A stretch of DNA of 64,000 nt from Octopus vulgaris (GCA_951406725.2 OX597827.1:57164001-57228000), one strand, 5' to 3'; shown: positions 12,120 to 24,963, counted from the stretch's first letter. Translations and numbers: made by a program. The notes: generated by a model not told the origin, from the letters alone.

Positions 12120-12750
12120 CATTATTATTTATCCATTAGGCATCTTACCAATCGGTTTCGCATGATGTTAGATAATAGCCCGGTTATGTAACTCTGTGGC
12201 TACCCAAAGGCCGCATAAGTACCTGTGTGTTCGTTTGCATGTGTTTTGTTTATGCTTTGGTTAAATTTTGGGGAGTATTTTTGTAGGTATGGAATATGTG
12301 TAAGGGTACTATATGAGTAGGGACTTATATTATTGGGGGCAGTAAGTGTAAAAAGGATCTATTGGGTAGATGTCCACCGTATTTGGGCGCGTATGTATCT
12401 GTGAGTACGTTTGTGTATGCTCTGGTAAAACGCATTGTCGAATCCCAGGTATTGGTGATGTGAAAGCCGAATTTGGGGGAAATGGTGATAGAATGTACTT
12501 CCTTTCCTGTAGGCAAGGATTAAAAATCTCACTTCTGTTGTTCAGATAGATACTTGGGTGCTGAGATTTCTTAATATGGCTCTTTTATTGGCTAGGCATA
12601 ATGTGTTATTGAAGTGAGCTTTGCATTTCTCCAATACCCTCCACTTTATGTTGTAATCCTTGGCGCTTTATTTCAACGACCATAGGTGTTTGGCCAAGGT
12701 TGTGGCGTTTCATCTTTTTGGAACGTTAAAAGAGTACTTGTGGTTATTGT
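12120..12750 (-). pseudogene. Penelope-like element remnant: C-terminal GIY-YIG region plus 3' region
   Basis: Minus strand NNHKYSFNVPKR*NATTLAKHLWSLK*SAKDYNIKWRVLEKCKAHFNNTLCLANKRAI / LNNRSEIFNPC matches the PLE pattern NHKxSF..T.L.K..W.LK...Y.IKW..L..C.LCL.EK..LN.RSE..C. HHR half-motif GAAACCGATT lies at 12159-12150. Confidence 0.75.
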
Positions 12751-12974
12751 TCGAAAACTCTACACGTATAGTGCCACTGCACATATTCCAACTCTACAAG
12801 AATACCAACTTCAAAACATACACACATTTCCATAAGCACATTTCCAAAATGCTTTTTTTTTGAGAGGCAAAGGACAAAACAAGCAAATAAACTTTGTAAA
12901 GCAGTAATGCATCCTCCACTGCTGGTGGAATTAGATGGCATTGAAAGGTGAAAAAAAAGAAGACCGCTTTGGTA

Positions 12975-13260
12975 TTGTACTAAGAGGACCAATCTGTGCA
13001 AGCTTGATCATGGGCGGCCAGCAGCTGCCCGTGTATACCAGCCTCCCCTCTCCACGCCACTGATGATATTCAAGGAAAAGACAAAAGGCTGATACAGCTT
13101 GGAACCAGTGACCTCGCAATTCATTTCTACAGCTGAGTGAAATGGAGCAACATGAAATAAAGTGTTTTTTTTCAAGAACACAACACATAGGCTGATCTGG
13201 AAATCGAACTCACAACCTTACGTTTGCAAGCTCGACGCTCTAACCACTGAACCATGCGCT
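12975..13260 (-). mobile_element. SINE D
   Basis: Homologous to 496-800. Confidence 0.85.
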
Positions 13261-13548
13261 GCTCCAAAACGTCGGCTGCGGGGTCACTCCGAAAAGCTCT
13301 ATCTGCGACGATTTCATCTCAATCGAAGGAGAGGGGCTTTCTCCGTCCGGGTTGCGGATCCGTGGAATAAGCTGCCGGACGAGATAGTGAAGATGCCGAC
13401 GACCGCTCGGTTCAAAGTCTCCCTTGACCACAAATGGCCTCAACTCTTTGCATGAACACCACCCTGTACATAACTCCATGTCCCCCTACATGGCCTTGCT
13501 TTTTGCTTTTTGAGCCAAAAAATTAACTTAACTTAACTTCACTTCACT
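13261..13548 (+). pseudogene. CR1-clade LINE 3' end
   Basis: RLRGHSEKL..RRGAFSVRVADPWNKLPDEIV..FKVSLD (CR1 RGH..FS.RV..WN.LP..FK..LD motif), stop at 13455, short 3' UTR and (AACTT)n tail. Confidence 0.85.
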
Positions 13549-14341
13549 TGCATTGAGTGGTAATGCTATAATTATTTGAAGGGAAATTTTTGAATGAGAT
13601 AAGATAAAACAGTAGTTCAAATATCTGTACGAATACATCGTACAGCATCATTCATTGGCTGAAGTACTGCTCTTTTATATATCAAATAGCAACATCGATT
13701 GGAATAAAATGTGGGATATGAGCCACAACGGTAAGTGCTAGGGTTTACTTAAAATGATACACTAATTGATAATAGATGACTGTATCGCAGATTAAGTCGA
13801 ATGCTATCATCTAAACGCTTCCATAGCTTTCTGCTTCCTATAGAAAGACGCATAAGCTGAATATTTGGATAATCCGGTTATATGAATGGATGGTAGTGCC
13901 AGAGTACGTGAATAGTTTCATAAATGAGATTATGCATGAAATGGGGAAAAGTATAGAATTATTTGCCGAAAAGAAAAGAATAATCCACCGGATTCTAGTC
14001 TCATGGGGTTTTGTGGGAAGACATAACTACGCATTTGGAATTTGCTTGAGTGAGCAACTGATCAGAATAATACGACATGAAATGAGTGGGTTATATAATG
14101 GAACACGCTGGTGACAAAAGTGTCTGGATGTTCGTTTATAATATAAGATTAGAAGCTTTAGAGATGTAACTATGCTGTAGAGATATGGAATGGTGCTTGT
14201 AATGGCCTGTAAATTGTGTACGAAATTAGAAAATGGTGAAAGTGACCAGATTTATGAATTTTCTGAAAAAATATAATCACACAAATAAAGTCACGTGAAA
14301 TCAAAATTCCAAAATGCCTAATCACATTCATATTTTTTTCA

Positions 14342-14573
14342 AGGCGGCGAGCTAGCAGAAACGGTAGCACGCCGGGCGAACTGCTTAGGGGTATTTCGTC
14401 TGCCGCTACGTTCTGAGTTTATATTCCGCCGAGGTCGACTTTACCTTTCATCCTTTTGGGGTCAATAAATTAAGTACTAGTTACACACTGGGGTCGATGT
14501 AATCGACTTAATCCCTTTGTCTGTCCTTGTTTGTCCCCTCTGTGTTTAGCCCCTTGTGGGCAATAAAGAAATA
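14342..14573 (+). mobile_element. SINE family B
   Basis: GGCGGCGAGCTRGCAGAA head, central CCTTTCATCCTTT.GGGGTC.ATAAATTAAGTAC block resembling conserved metazoan SINE central domains, tail GCCCCTTGTGGGCAATAAAGAAATA. TSD ACATTCATATTTTT at 14324 and 14574. Confidence 0.85.
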
Positions 14574-14703
14574 ACATTCATATTTTTCCATAGCTTTGTT
14601 AATGGACAAATGCCATGCGCGTGTGCATTTAAGGGTCTCCGAGAAGAAGAAAATTATCTTCATTTTAGAGAATTGGTTTCAAAAGTTTGCAGTCGATATA
14701 TAC

Positions 14704-15112
14704 TTATTTCTTTACTGCCCACAAGAGGCTACACACAGAGGGGACAAACAAGTACAGGCAAACGGATTAAGTCGATTAAGTGTCTTCTACTATAACATCA
14801 GGTCGACCAAAGACTTGTGAGCGGATTTGGTAGACGGAAACTGAAAGAATCCCGTCGTATATATGTGCATATATATATTTATGTGCGTGTTTGTGTGTCT
14901 GTGTTTGTGCCCCCCCCCCCCAACATCGCTTGACAACCGATGGTGGTGTGTTTAAATCCCCGTTACTTAGCGGTTCGGCAAAAGAACCGATAGAATAAGT
15001 ACTGGGCTTACAAAGAATAAGTCCTAGGGTCGATTTGCTCGACTAAAAAGGCGGTGCTCCAGCATGGCCGCAGTCAAATGAATCAAACAAGTAAAATAGT
15101 AACAGAGAGAGA
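14704..15112 (+). mobile_element. Inverted SINE B tail fragment (14704-14777, minus) fused to 5'-truncated SINE A (14779-15112, plus)
   Basis: Identity to the other copies of both families. Confidence 0.8.
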
Positions 15113-15164
15113 GTAAGTTGTCCGATGTGCTAACTCTTTTGCCAGCTCGCGCCTTTTATTTAAA

Positions 15165-15370
15165 TAACCGCTTCAAATTTTGGTGCAAGGTCAGCAATTT
15201 TGAGGAAGCGAATAACAGCAAGTGCTCAACTAGTAACTTATTTTATCAACCCCAGAAAGGATGAGCGATAAAGCCGACCCCGGCGGCATTTGAACTCAGA
15301 ACATAAAGCCTGAAGAAATGTCGCTAAGTATTTTGTCCGAAGCGCTAATGCTTCCACCGTTCCCCGTCTT
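15165..15370 (-). mobile_element. Diverged SINE B-like copy
   Basis: TATCAACCCCAGAAAGGATG ... TTTGAACTCAGAAC; similar old copies at ~43150-43300, ~46030-46145 and ~63850-63985. Confidence 0.6.
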
Positions 15371-16437
15371 ATTCCGTTTAAATAATAACTGTTGTTATTA
15401 AAACAGATATTCGGTAAATCATGAAGGTTGAGAAGAAGAAAAAAATGAATGAAATTGAATTTTCTACGAGGACAACTTAATATTTAACAAATATTCACTA
15501 GACAACAACTGAACTGGAAGAGATAACTATAAAAATATTTGAAGCAATATAATATGGAAGAAACACGTTTTATCTGGAGATGTGGCTTCCATATTTGATT
15601 GGATCGACGTCCCTGTTGGATTTATGTCCGTATTCAGATTAATACCATTATTGATTATATATGTTTTTATTTCAAAAACAGAAGGCCTTAATTGTTATAG
15701 GAAATTCATAATGATATAGTGTGACATTCAGGTTTTTGTTTTCTATAGCTATGTAACAAAAACATGTTTCAAAACGCGATGGATGGCAGCTTTCGAGCTT
15801 CGATGTGTATCTTTTATGTTCATAGTTTTAAGCGGATGAAAAATAAACATTCTCTGAATAGAAAGCCGTTCTATCTCAGGTAACATTTCCAGATGACCTG
15901 TTACTTATTTCCGACTGTTAAATGAACGATAATGAACTGTCTGGTGAACCATGACGAACTGAAGTACATGCGATTAATCACACTCCCAAATCAAATAGAA
16001 ACGAATGCACTATATTTGAACTTAAATTACTGTAAGTTGGAAGCCTTATATATGCAATTGGGAAATAGATAATCGAACATGATAATATTATGCACAGTAT
16101 AAATATAGTGATTTCCTTGTCATTAATCTGACAAGAACGAAGTAATGTATGTTTCTCTGAGGAGGTTTCATAAGATCAAAACATATTCGGTGTTGTCACC
16201 CTTGTTTATTCATCAGTAACCTAATATCTTCTACTTATTATTACATAAGTACTATTAATTTATTGGATACTTTCTCCTCGCTACATTAAAAGTGATGTCC
16301 ATAACGTCACTGCCGTTTTTCGTGTAGATAGCGTCTCCGGAAAACTCTCTTCAACTTTTATAATTATGTTGGTCTTCATAACGACGCGATTTTTCGCTAA
16401 TAGGAATTTGATGTAGGTATTTACCCGTATCAAGTAT

Positions 16438-16581
16438 GATTTGTGGTTAAGAAGTTCGCTTTGTAACCATGTGGTTTCGGGGTTTAGTCCCATTGCAAGA
16501 CACCTTAGGTAAGTATATTTTACTATAGTTCCGGACCAATCAATGCCTTGTGAACAGACGAAAACTTTCTGGAAGTTTGTC

Positions 16582-16585
<4 letters not shown>
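16438..16585 (+). mobile_element. SINE A head, degenerate
   Basis: TGTGGTTAAGAAG..AACCATGTGGTTTCGGGGTTTAGTCCC..CACCTTAGGTAAGT. Confidence 0.65.
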
Positions 16586-16636
<51 letters not shown>

Positions 16637-16651
16637 TGTGTATATATATTA

Positions 16652-17055
16652 CGTTGAGTCAAAAGTTCTGCAATATTTTGGTAGCCTTTTTGCTTTATTT
16701 GTAAAATTATTACACAAGCAGCTTAGGATTCAAAGTAGAGGTCATTGTGTTGTAACGTCTGACGTCAGCTTTCCCCCAGTCCTTTCATCTCACTCTGATA
16801 CGAGTTCTTATCTTTCTAGGCGAAGAACGCCTTCACTGAAGCTTCCACTTTCTCTTGGTTGATGACTTGTGAGCGCAGAAAGTGACCAATGCATGGGAAC
16901 AAGTATTATTCCGAGGGCAGTAGGCCAGAACTATATGGTAGGTGTGATATCAGTTCAATTCCCTCAACTTACTGGAGTTTCTTCCGGATCGTACGAGCGG
17001 TGTGAGGTCGTGTTGTCTTGCTGCAGAAGAGGTCGCTTTTTGTTAGCCAATGCCT
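16652..17055 (-). pseudogene. mariner transposase C-terminal relic with terminal repeat
   Basis: Minus strand LLQQDN/RPHTARTIRKKLQ*VEGIELISHLPYSSGLLPSE*YLF..FFA*KDKNSY..YFES*, a degenerate DNARPH..HPPYSPDLAPSDY. TIR-like end TA|CGTTGAGTCAAAAGTTC. Confidence 0.8.
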
Positions 17056-17114
17056 AATATTAGTGTACTCTACATGCTAAGTCTCCATATAAGGCCGATT
17101 AATGGTGAATTGTT

Positions 17115-18100
17115 GAATAAAAGTTTTTTCCACAATTTTTGAAAATTTCTCTCAAAAGTTTTTGAAAATTTTCCCCAAAAATTTTTCAAAATTTTTCCCA
17201 AATATATTTTAGAAAAATTTTTCCCAAAAATATTTTAGAAAAATTTATGAAAATTTTTCCCAGAAATTTATGAAAAATTATCCCAAAATTTTGAAAATTT
17301 TTCCCAATTTGCCGGAAATTGCCGGAGATAGCCGGAGATATCCGGAGATTCCCGGAGATGGCCGGAGATTGCCGGAGATCACCGGACATTGCCGGAAATT
17401 GCCGAAATTGCCGGAGATATCCGGAGATTGCTGGAGATTACCGGATAGTGCCGGAAATTGCCGGAGATTGCCGGAAATTACCGGAGATTGCCAGAAATTG
17501 CCGGTGATTACCGCAAATTGCCGGAGATTGCCGGAAATAGCCGGAAATTGCCGGAGATTGCCGGAATAGCATTTTGGGAGATTTCCCAATAATGCAGGTA
17601 AAAATTTTCAAAACTCTTTTCGGAAACATTTTCAAAAATTTGGGGGGAAAATTTTCAAAAATTTTTGTTAACAAATTTTTCAAATTAAGATTGCCAGCGT
17701 TTGCCGGAAATTACCGGAGATTGCCGGAAATTATCGGAAATCGCCGGAGATTACCGGAAATTGCCGGAAATTACCGGAAATTTTTGGTGAAAATTTTGAT
17801 AAAATTTTCAAAAAATTTTGGGGAGGATTTTCAAAAAATTTTTTTTTAATTTTTGAGGAAAAATTTCAATTTTGGAGAAAATTTTTTAAAAATTTTTCAA
17901 AAATTTTTGCGAAATATTTCCAAAAAAATTTCAAAGAACTTTTCAAAAAGTTTGGCGAAAATTTTCGAAATATTTTTGAAAGATTTTTGGGGAAAATTTC
18001 AAAATAATTTTTCAAAAGTTTTTGGGGAAAATTTTCAAAAAATTTTCCAAAAATTTTTGAGGAAAATTATCAAAAAATTTTTGGGGATTATTTTCAAAAA
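17115..18100. repeat. Modular minisatellite: 10-bp (ATTGCCGGAR)n blocks with inverted ~23-bp TTTTCAAAAATTTTGGGGAAAA arrays
   Basis: 10-mer blocks at 17306-17568 and 17689-17780. The left array (17130-17305) is reverse-complementary in motif to the arrays at 17595-17685 and 17781-18100. Confidence 0.85.
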
Positions 18101-19385
18101 TATATATATTTGTATGTATAAATAAATATATGTTTTTGTGTGTGTGTTCAATATCAACAATCTCAGACGAACTACAAAATATCAGCATCTTTTGCAAACA
18201 CTCAATCAAAAATATAATGATTAATGTAGATGATAATTCAGACAAACAATATAAGTTGATGTCAATAAGGAGAAACAAGGAGGAAAGATATTCTCTTACT
18301 CACACAGAATGTTTAAGGATCTTAAAATTTCGGAAAAGATGTCTCTTTCCAAATAGAAGAAAGAAAATAATCAAAGAATCTGGATAATTATGTTGTTATT
18401 GGCAAGAAATAATGCATTTCTGTTGTATGTATGTATGTTGTATGTATGTATGTATGTAAGTATAATGTATGTATGTATGTATGTAAGTATAATGTATGTA
18501 TGTATGTATGTATCGCTGCTTGAAATTGTAGGCTACAGTTTTAGACCTTGGTACATCAAATATGCGTAAGGACAAATCACTTTAAGGATATGGTCTTAGG
18601 TTTTGTAACTGTTTCCGATCCTTTTTTATAATATAAACCCCAACGATACTAGGTGTTACTGCTACGAGTGTCTTTCTGTGTGTGTGTGTAATATACATAC
18701 ATGCATACAAAGAAAGAAACAGTCATCAGGAATGTACGTATGTACATACTTGATGACTGCAACTTAATTTTGATCAATGACATTGCTTAAGCATAAACAG
18801 AATGGTTATGGCTTTCCATTACCGCTCGAGATCTTTATTTTATGCATAGATGTGGCAATGATGGATGCCTCTTGAAGCAGCTGTTCAGAGAACATATCAC
18901 CCATTGACGCATGCTTTCATTTTTCCTTTTCGGTTATAGCCAGTCATATGATGCAACTCATAACGGAGACGTTAATAGAGATATTAAATAATCAAGCGAT
19001 TCGTGTACCTGAAACATTTTGTAATAAGGAAAGGCCTCGTACAAGGTCGATTTATCTCTCTAAATAACGTATGCAATTACCTAAAACTAAAGAGTTGTCT
19101 AAATCATTGGATGCAAGCAAAATTGCACATGTTACATCGGAGTTTTCTTTCTGGAGAAACTGACTAAACGATCTGGATGAAGAACTTTCGTCATTTTCCT
19201 TCTACTAACAAAGGCTCTCAGTGCAGTTCTATGGATGATGTCCCTGAGAGAGTCCCATCTCTGCTGAACATTGTCCCCTGATGGGTCTACAAAGAGGGCA
19301 TCTCCCAGTGTCTTGAAGAATACATCTGTCCTAGTTGGGTGCTGATTTGAGGTAGCACTGATGCGCTGCTACATACATACATACA

Positions 19386-19421
<36 letters not shown>

Positions 19422-19896
19422 TATACATTTACGCATTCAAAACAGTTTGCCAACGGCCCTTCACCAATAACATATCCTGATAGGCTTTGTGACTACTACT
19501 AAATTAAGGCCACGACAGAGAGATAGAATGTTCTTGAAGCCGAGGATTTTAAATTTACAGAGACAATATTTACATATCACCTGAGGAAACACAACTAGAT
19601 CTCATAATGCAGGGAAATAGTTTCTTAATCAAGTACCTGCACATCTGGAGAACTACGTTGCGTGCAAACAATTGTAGTGATTAAAAAATAAATGTCCAGC
19701 CGTACCTTTCTTGTTGACGGCAATTTTTCCAATTATCTATTCACACACGACAGATGCCCAAACTCAAACCTGGAAATACATATAATACTACTACTGGAAA
19801 GCACAGTTTAAATGTGAAAGTGGACGAGCGAGCTTTATACTGTATTCTACTATGTTCTTAACAGAATATACTATAATTATATATATACATATATAA

Positions 19897-20014
19897 GACG
19901 GGATTCTTACGGTTTACGTCAACCAGATATACTCACAAGTCTGTGGTCGGCCCGAGTCTATAGCAGAAGACACTTGCCCAAGGTGTACTGAACCCAGAAC
20001 CATGTGGTTGGGAA
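19897..20014 (-). mobile_element. SINE A head fragment
   Basis: GAAGACACTTGCCCAAGGTG..GAACCCAGAACCATGTGGTT. Confidence 0.75.
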
Positions 20015-20034
20015 TACATATATATTTATATATA

Positions 20035-20068
20035 TCTGTATATATATATATATATATATACGGCAAGA

Positions 20069-20116
<48 letters not shown>

Positions 20117-21185
20117 TGATTGTAGTTTATGCACATCCCCAAATTAGCACGCATGTCGCTCAAATTTTAGGAGGACATTGGTCAACATCCTATCTGGGTT
20201 TTTTCAATCTATTTTTCTCCCGAAGCACCCGCGGATAGCGGTAAAAATCTATTTTCAGTCATAACTTTTAGCGGTAAAAACTATTTTCAGCTATAGCTTT
20301 TTGACGGCATCTAACAAAAAAAAACAAGATAAAGAAAAGTGGAAGAAGAGAGGCAGAGAGTTTCACGGGAAAGACAAAGTGAGAGAGGGAGAGAGAGTAA
20401 GTGACGACGTTCATAAAAATCTATTTTTAGCCATTGCTTTCTGACGGCGTCTAACAAAAAAAAACAAGATAAAAAAAGTGGAAGAGAAGCAGAGAGTTTC
20501 ACGGGAAAGACAAAGTGAGAGAGGCAGAAAGAGAGTAAGTAACGACGTTCATAAAATATAAAGTGTAAAATGTTTTGTCTTTTCTTAAACACGAGATATA
20601 GCGTTCAAATTCAGGATGTTTTTGAAAGACACTATATTTTATAATCATAGTATATATACTTTCTCACACAACAATTACAATATATTTATTTTAAATCATT
20701 TATTTATTTTAAATCGTTCATCTTTCTCCCCCTCTCTCTCTCACACACATTACTTTGGGTGCGAAAAAGTTTTGTTTTTATTTTACGCCGAGTAAAAAAG
20801 TGTTTTGTTGACAATCCATTTATTTAACAACAAAGAAACAAAGAGGTAAGTAGCAATTTGTCAGTGAATTGCACAAAATAAATGGGTATAATTTCCGAGG
20901 CTTCCACCACACCCACTCCGTTTCACGGATCATAAAAAGGGTTTTGTAGCATATTAGGAGGCCAGAGTAGTTGATTCCACGCAAAAAAAAAAAACGATTA
21001 TTTTTCTTAGTGAAAATCGTGCGAATGTTAATCTACAAATTTAACAACATTTTTCCATTCATTTCTGTTTATGAACATGTATGCATGCTCAAAACATGCA
21101 ATAGGTGTACGTATGTACATGTGTGTTCGTGTCTGTTGCCCATATATATTTATAGTATATTATATATATATAATATATATATATA

Positions 21186-21280
<95 letters not shown>

Positions 21281-21413
21281 TTTATAATATAACCAATTTC
21301 AACGGACTTTGCCCAAATTTGACGTCGATATTACTTAGTTTAGTTTGAAATAAAGAACTTGATTAGCTTAATAATCGTAACTTAATCCCGAGCAAGGCCA
21401 GGTCATACTGCTA

Positions 21414-21414
<1 letters not shown>
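20035..21414 (+). mobile_element. Non-autonomous Helitron-like element
   Basis: 5' A|TC(TG)TATATA..; 3' GC-rich hairpin CCCGAGCAAGGCCAGG followed by CTAG|T at 21411-21415; internal ~139-bp tandem duplication (20276-20552). No TSD, consistent with AT-target insertion. The 5' boundary is uncertain. Confidence 0.6.
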
Positions 21415-21478
<64 letters not shown>

Positions 21479-21589
21479 AATATTAGAGAGTATAGCTCCA
21501 AACTTACAGGGAAAAATTAGATTTAGTATTAAAACGTAAATAACATGAAATACGAAGGCAAACTTTGGTATGTGTACAACCCTCTGCAA

Positions 21590-21755
21590 ATCCCAAATTT
21601 TATTTTGGTTCGCGAGAACAACTGTTTTTCGAAGCCTCATAATGTCGTTAATTGCTCGACATATGGAGTAGATGAACAGCCGACAACTGATGAAGGGTTG
21701 TTCTTTATGTTACTTGTCTTGTCTTCCATTTGTTTCTCTCGTTGTTCGCGTACCC
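21590..21755 (+). mobile_element. Family P1 element
   Basis: ACTGTTTTTCGAAG..TGCTCGA..CAACTGATGAAGGG..; homologous to 44520-44755. Confidence 0.7.
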
Positions 21756-21759
21756 AAGT

Positions 21760-22078
21760 CTGCCTTCTCGATTACTTTTATAGAGCGGACTTCAAGCAAG
21801 GACCAATGCTTCACCACCCTCGAGAGTCAACAGTTTGAAGACTTGCATCGTGCGTGCGTCACGCAAAATCACGCAGGTAAATGTTGTGGGAGTTGCATAA
21901 AAATTTCGTTCTCGTGTGGAGGTAGTTATTGCCCAAAATGGCGGCCATATTGAGTGATAAATGATTTTCTTGTAATAAATGTTACATTAAAATTGTATCT
22001 GTCTACTACCAATATTTCAGTATTTATAACTAGTTTTATGCATCATAAAAGTTGTCTCAATTTATCTGCAAAACCCTG
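21760..22078 (+). pseudogene. Tc1/mariner 3' relic
   Basis: LLDYF.. and KFRSRVEVVIAQNGGHIE* (typical transposase end), then terminus ..AAAACCCTG|TA. Confidence 0.7.
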
Positions 22079-22084
22079 TATATG

Positions 22085-22233
<149 letters not shown>

Positions 22234-22260
22234 TTGTGTGTATGTATACATATGTATATA

Positions 22261-23700
22261 CAGTTGCGGACAGAATGTTCAGAACGGCATTGTTTTCGTC
22301 AGAAAAGTAAGTATAAGTTTTTATCAAAGTTGTTTTATATTCTATAATTTTCACAGACAATATATACAATATTAATTTGTATTGTCTGAGATGTTGGTGT
22401 AATTTGAGTGGATAATACAAAAGTTATGGATGATTTAGTGATTTACTTTAAAACCCATGGTGGCCAAAATGATCAGAACGGTTGAAAAAATAACAAAATA
22501 ATCAAAAATGACAGAGAATGCTGGAATTATTTCATATTTAGTGTGAAGCCCTTTAGCTTCAATCAAAGTTTGACATCTTCGACTGCATGGGGAAATTAAA
22601 TTTTCAATTTCTTGCTGGGTGATCTTATTCCATTCTTCCTGAAGGACATTCCATAATAGCTCGGTTGTTTTAGGATTTCTGGCTTTCAAACGTTCTCCTA
22701 GAATATTCCACACATTTTCAATAGGATTGAGATCTGGGCTTTGAGCAGGCCAATCCATAACAATAACCTTTTCAGCCTTGAGGAAGTTCATGACCACCTT
22801 AGCCTTTTGACATGGGGCATTGTCCTGCATGAATATTGGTGGTCGCTTAGTTGAATTTCTCAGCACAGGCAAGACATGATCTTTTACAAGTTGTTTATAA
22901 ACTCCTGCATTTATCTTTCCATGTAATCGCAGCAAAGGGCCCACAACATCTCCAGATATAACCCCCCCCCCAAACCATGACACTTCCTCTACCGAATTTA
23001 ACACTAGTCTTAAGGCATTTAGGCGACAATTTTTCACCTGCTTTTCGACGAACGTACCGTTTCCTATCTGAGCCAAATAACATAGACTTAGATTCATCAC
23101 TGAAATGCACCGTTTGCCATTTTTCTTGAGACCACAACACATGTTCGGTTGCAAAGGTAAGACGACACTTTTTATTCTTGAAGCTGATCAGTGGCTTCAC
23201 TGCAGGTGCTCTTGCTTGTAGGTCATGTTCAACTAAACGACGAGACACAGTTTTTCGAGATAAAGTTTTCTTCAGTACAATGCTCATTTCCCGAGAAACA
23301 GCAGCAGCAGTTTTAAATCTGTCCTTTTTAACCAACTTTACCATAGCACGATCTTCTCTCTTGGTCGTTTTTCTTGGCCTACCTGTAGACTTTTTTGCTT
23401 CACACGAACAACAATCATCGAAGACCTTAAGAATACCGTGAATAACACTTTTTGACTTGTTAACAATCTTTGCAATAGACCTAATACTTAAATTATCCTT
23501 CTTTCGAAGCTTAATAATCTGCTGACGAATTGGTAACGGAGTAAGTGGCATTATATTAACAAAGTACACTGCAGATATTCTTACGGTGTGTTTAGTAAAT
23601 GAACCGCCACGTAAACAAATTCAAAACATTAGAGTTCGCTGGTTAAATATACTAAAACACGGAGTAAAAGCAACTGTTCGGATCATTTTAGCCGCAACTG
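22261..23700 (-). mobile_element. Full-length Tc1-family DNA transposon (1440 bp)
   Basis: TA|CAGTTGCGG.. and ..CCGCAACTG|TA termini, imperfect 27-bp TIR (21/27 match), TA duplication. Confidence 0.95.
22531..23551 (-). pseudogene. Tc1 transposase DD34E, split by one frameshift
   Basis: MPLTPLPIRQQII..GRPRKTT (HTH linker), HFSDESK, FMQDNAP, SPDLNPIENVW, with 34 residues between D and E. Frameshift in the C10 run at 22962-22971; natural stop after HTKY is lost. Confidence 0.9.
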
Positions 23701-23820
23701 TATGTATGCATGTATATATTTATAGATAGAGAGAGTGAGAGAGAGATGTATGTATGTATGTATGTATGTATGTATGTATGTATGTATGTATGTATGTATG
23801 TATGTATGTATGTATGTATG

Positions 23821-23922
<102 letters not shown>

Positions 23923-24491
23923 CATATACACACATATACACACACACATATGCAGACTGGTCGTTCTGTAGTCCTTATGCATTTAGATTTTCTGTGAAGT
24001 TAGACCCATAACAGTAATTGTAGTAACATGGAAATAGAATCGGGGTGAATCGCATTACTTTTATTTAACAGTTCACCAATAATCGGCCATGGCTGGAGAC
24101 TTATTGAGCAGTAAAGAAACTGATAATATATTGATGTCGTTGCTTTGATATTTATCTCTGCGTAGAAACGTTTCTAGATATGACACAGGCGATAGGTTTG
24201 AGGTTAAACAGATATACAGGTAATATATGAAAAACTTTGTATGATATCATATAAATGACTGCAGGTGAAAATCAATCCATTTTATTTCTTTGCGATTACC
24301 TACCTACAATGTCTGAGCAAGTACATATCACACACACACAGAGTAATCCCCACTCATATAAAGACATACATTTCTACACACACACACACACACACATATA
24401 TACATACATATATACAAAAGCATATCCATAGCTATCTATCTCTTTATCTATATCGATACATACGCATACACTCACACAGAGTAATCCCTAC

Positions 24492-24522
<31 letters not shown>

Positions 24523-24963
24523 CATACATACATACATACATACATACATACATACATACATACATACATACATACAAAGATGCACTGGTACACACATATA
24601 TATATCAGCATATCGATATCTATCTATATCTATACACACACACATACACATAGTGAGAGAGAGAGAGAGAGAATGAGAGCGAGGGAGAGAGAGGGGGAAA
24701 GAGAGCGAGAGAGAATGGGTTTGTTTGAATATATGGGCATAGACACTCACATAGGAAAAACGTTAAACATTAACAGTAATTCGCATACACACACATATCA
24801 ACAAACTAAATAAATGTGCAAATCTCAGCCAGTTCGACGGTAAGTTTTCCATTTGTTAGACCAACTGAATGGCGTTCTCTTTGAATTAGCATGTAAGTGA
24901 CTGAGTATTCCCACAGTCGCGTGTACCCGAAAGTAATTCTGTGGCAGAATCAGTGCGACAGAA

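Noticed and set aside
16155-16220. CTGAGGA-GGT..ATC-AAAAC and a nearby minus-strand CTGATGA
   Set aside because: GAAA box missing or misplaced and no helix I; not a supportable hammerhead.
17270-17849. ORFs with CRRLPEIAG repeats
   Set aside because: Translation of the 10-bp minisatellite, open in several frames.
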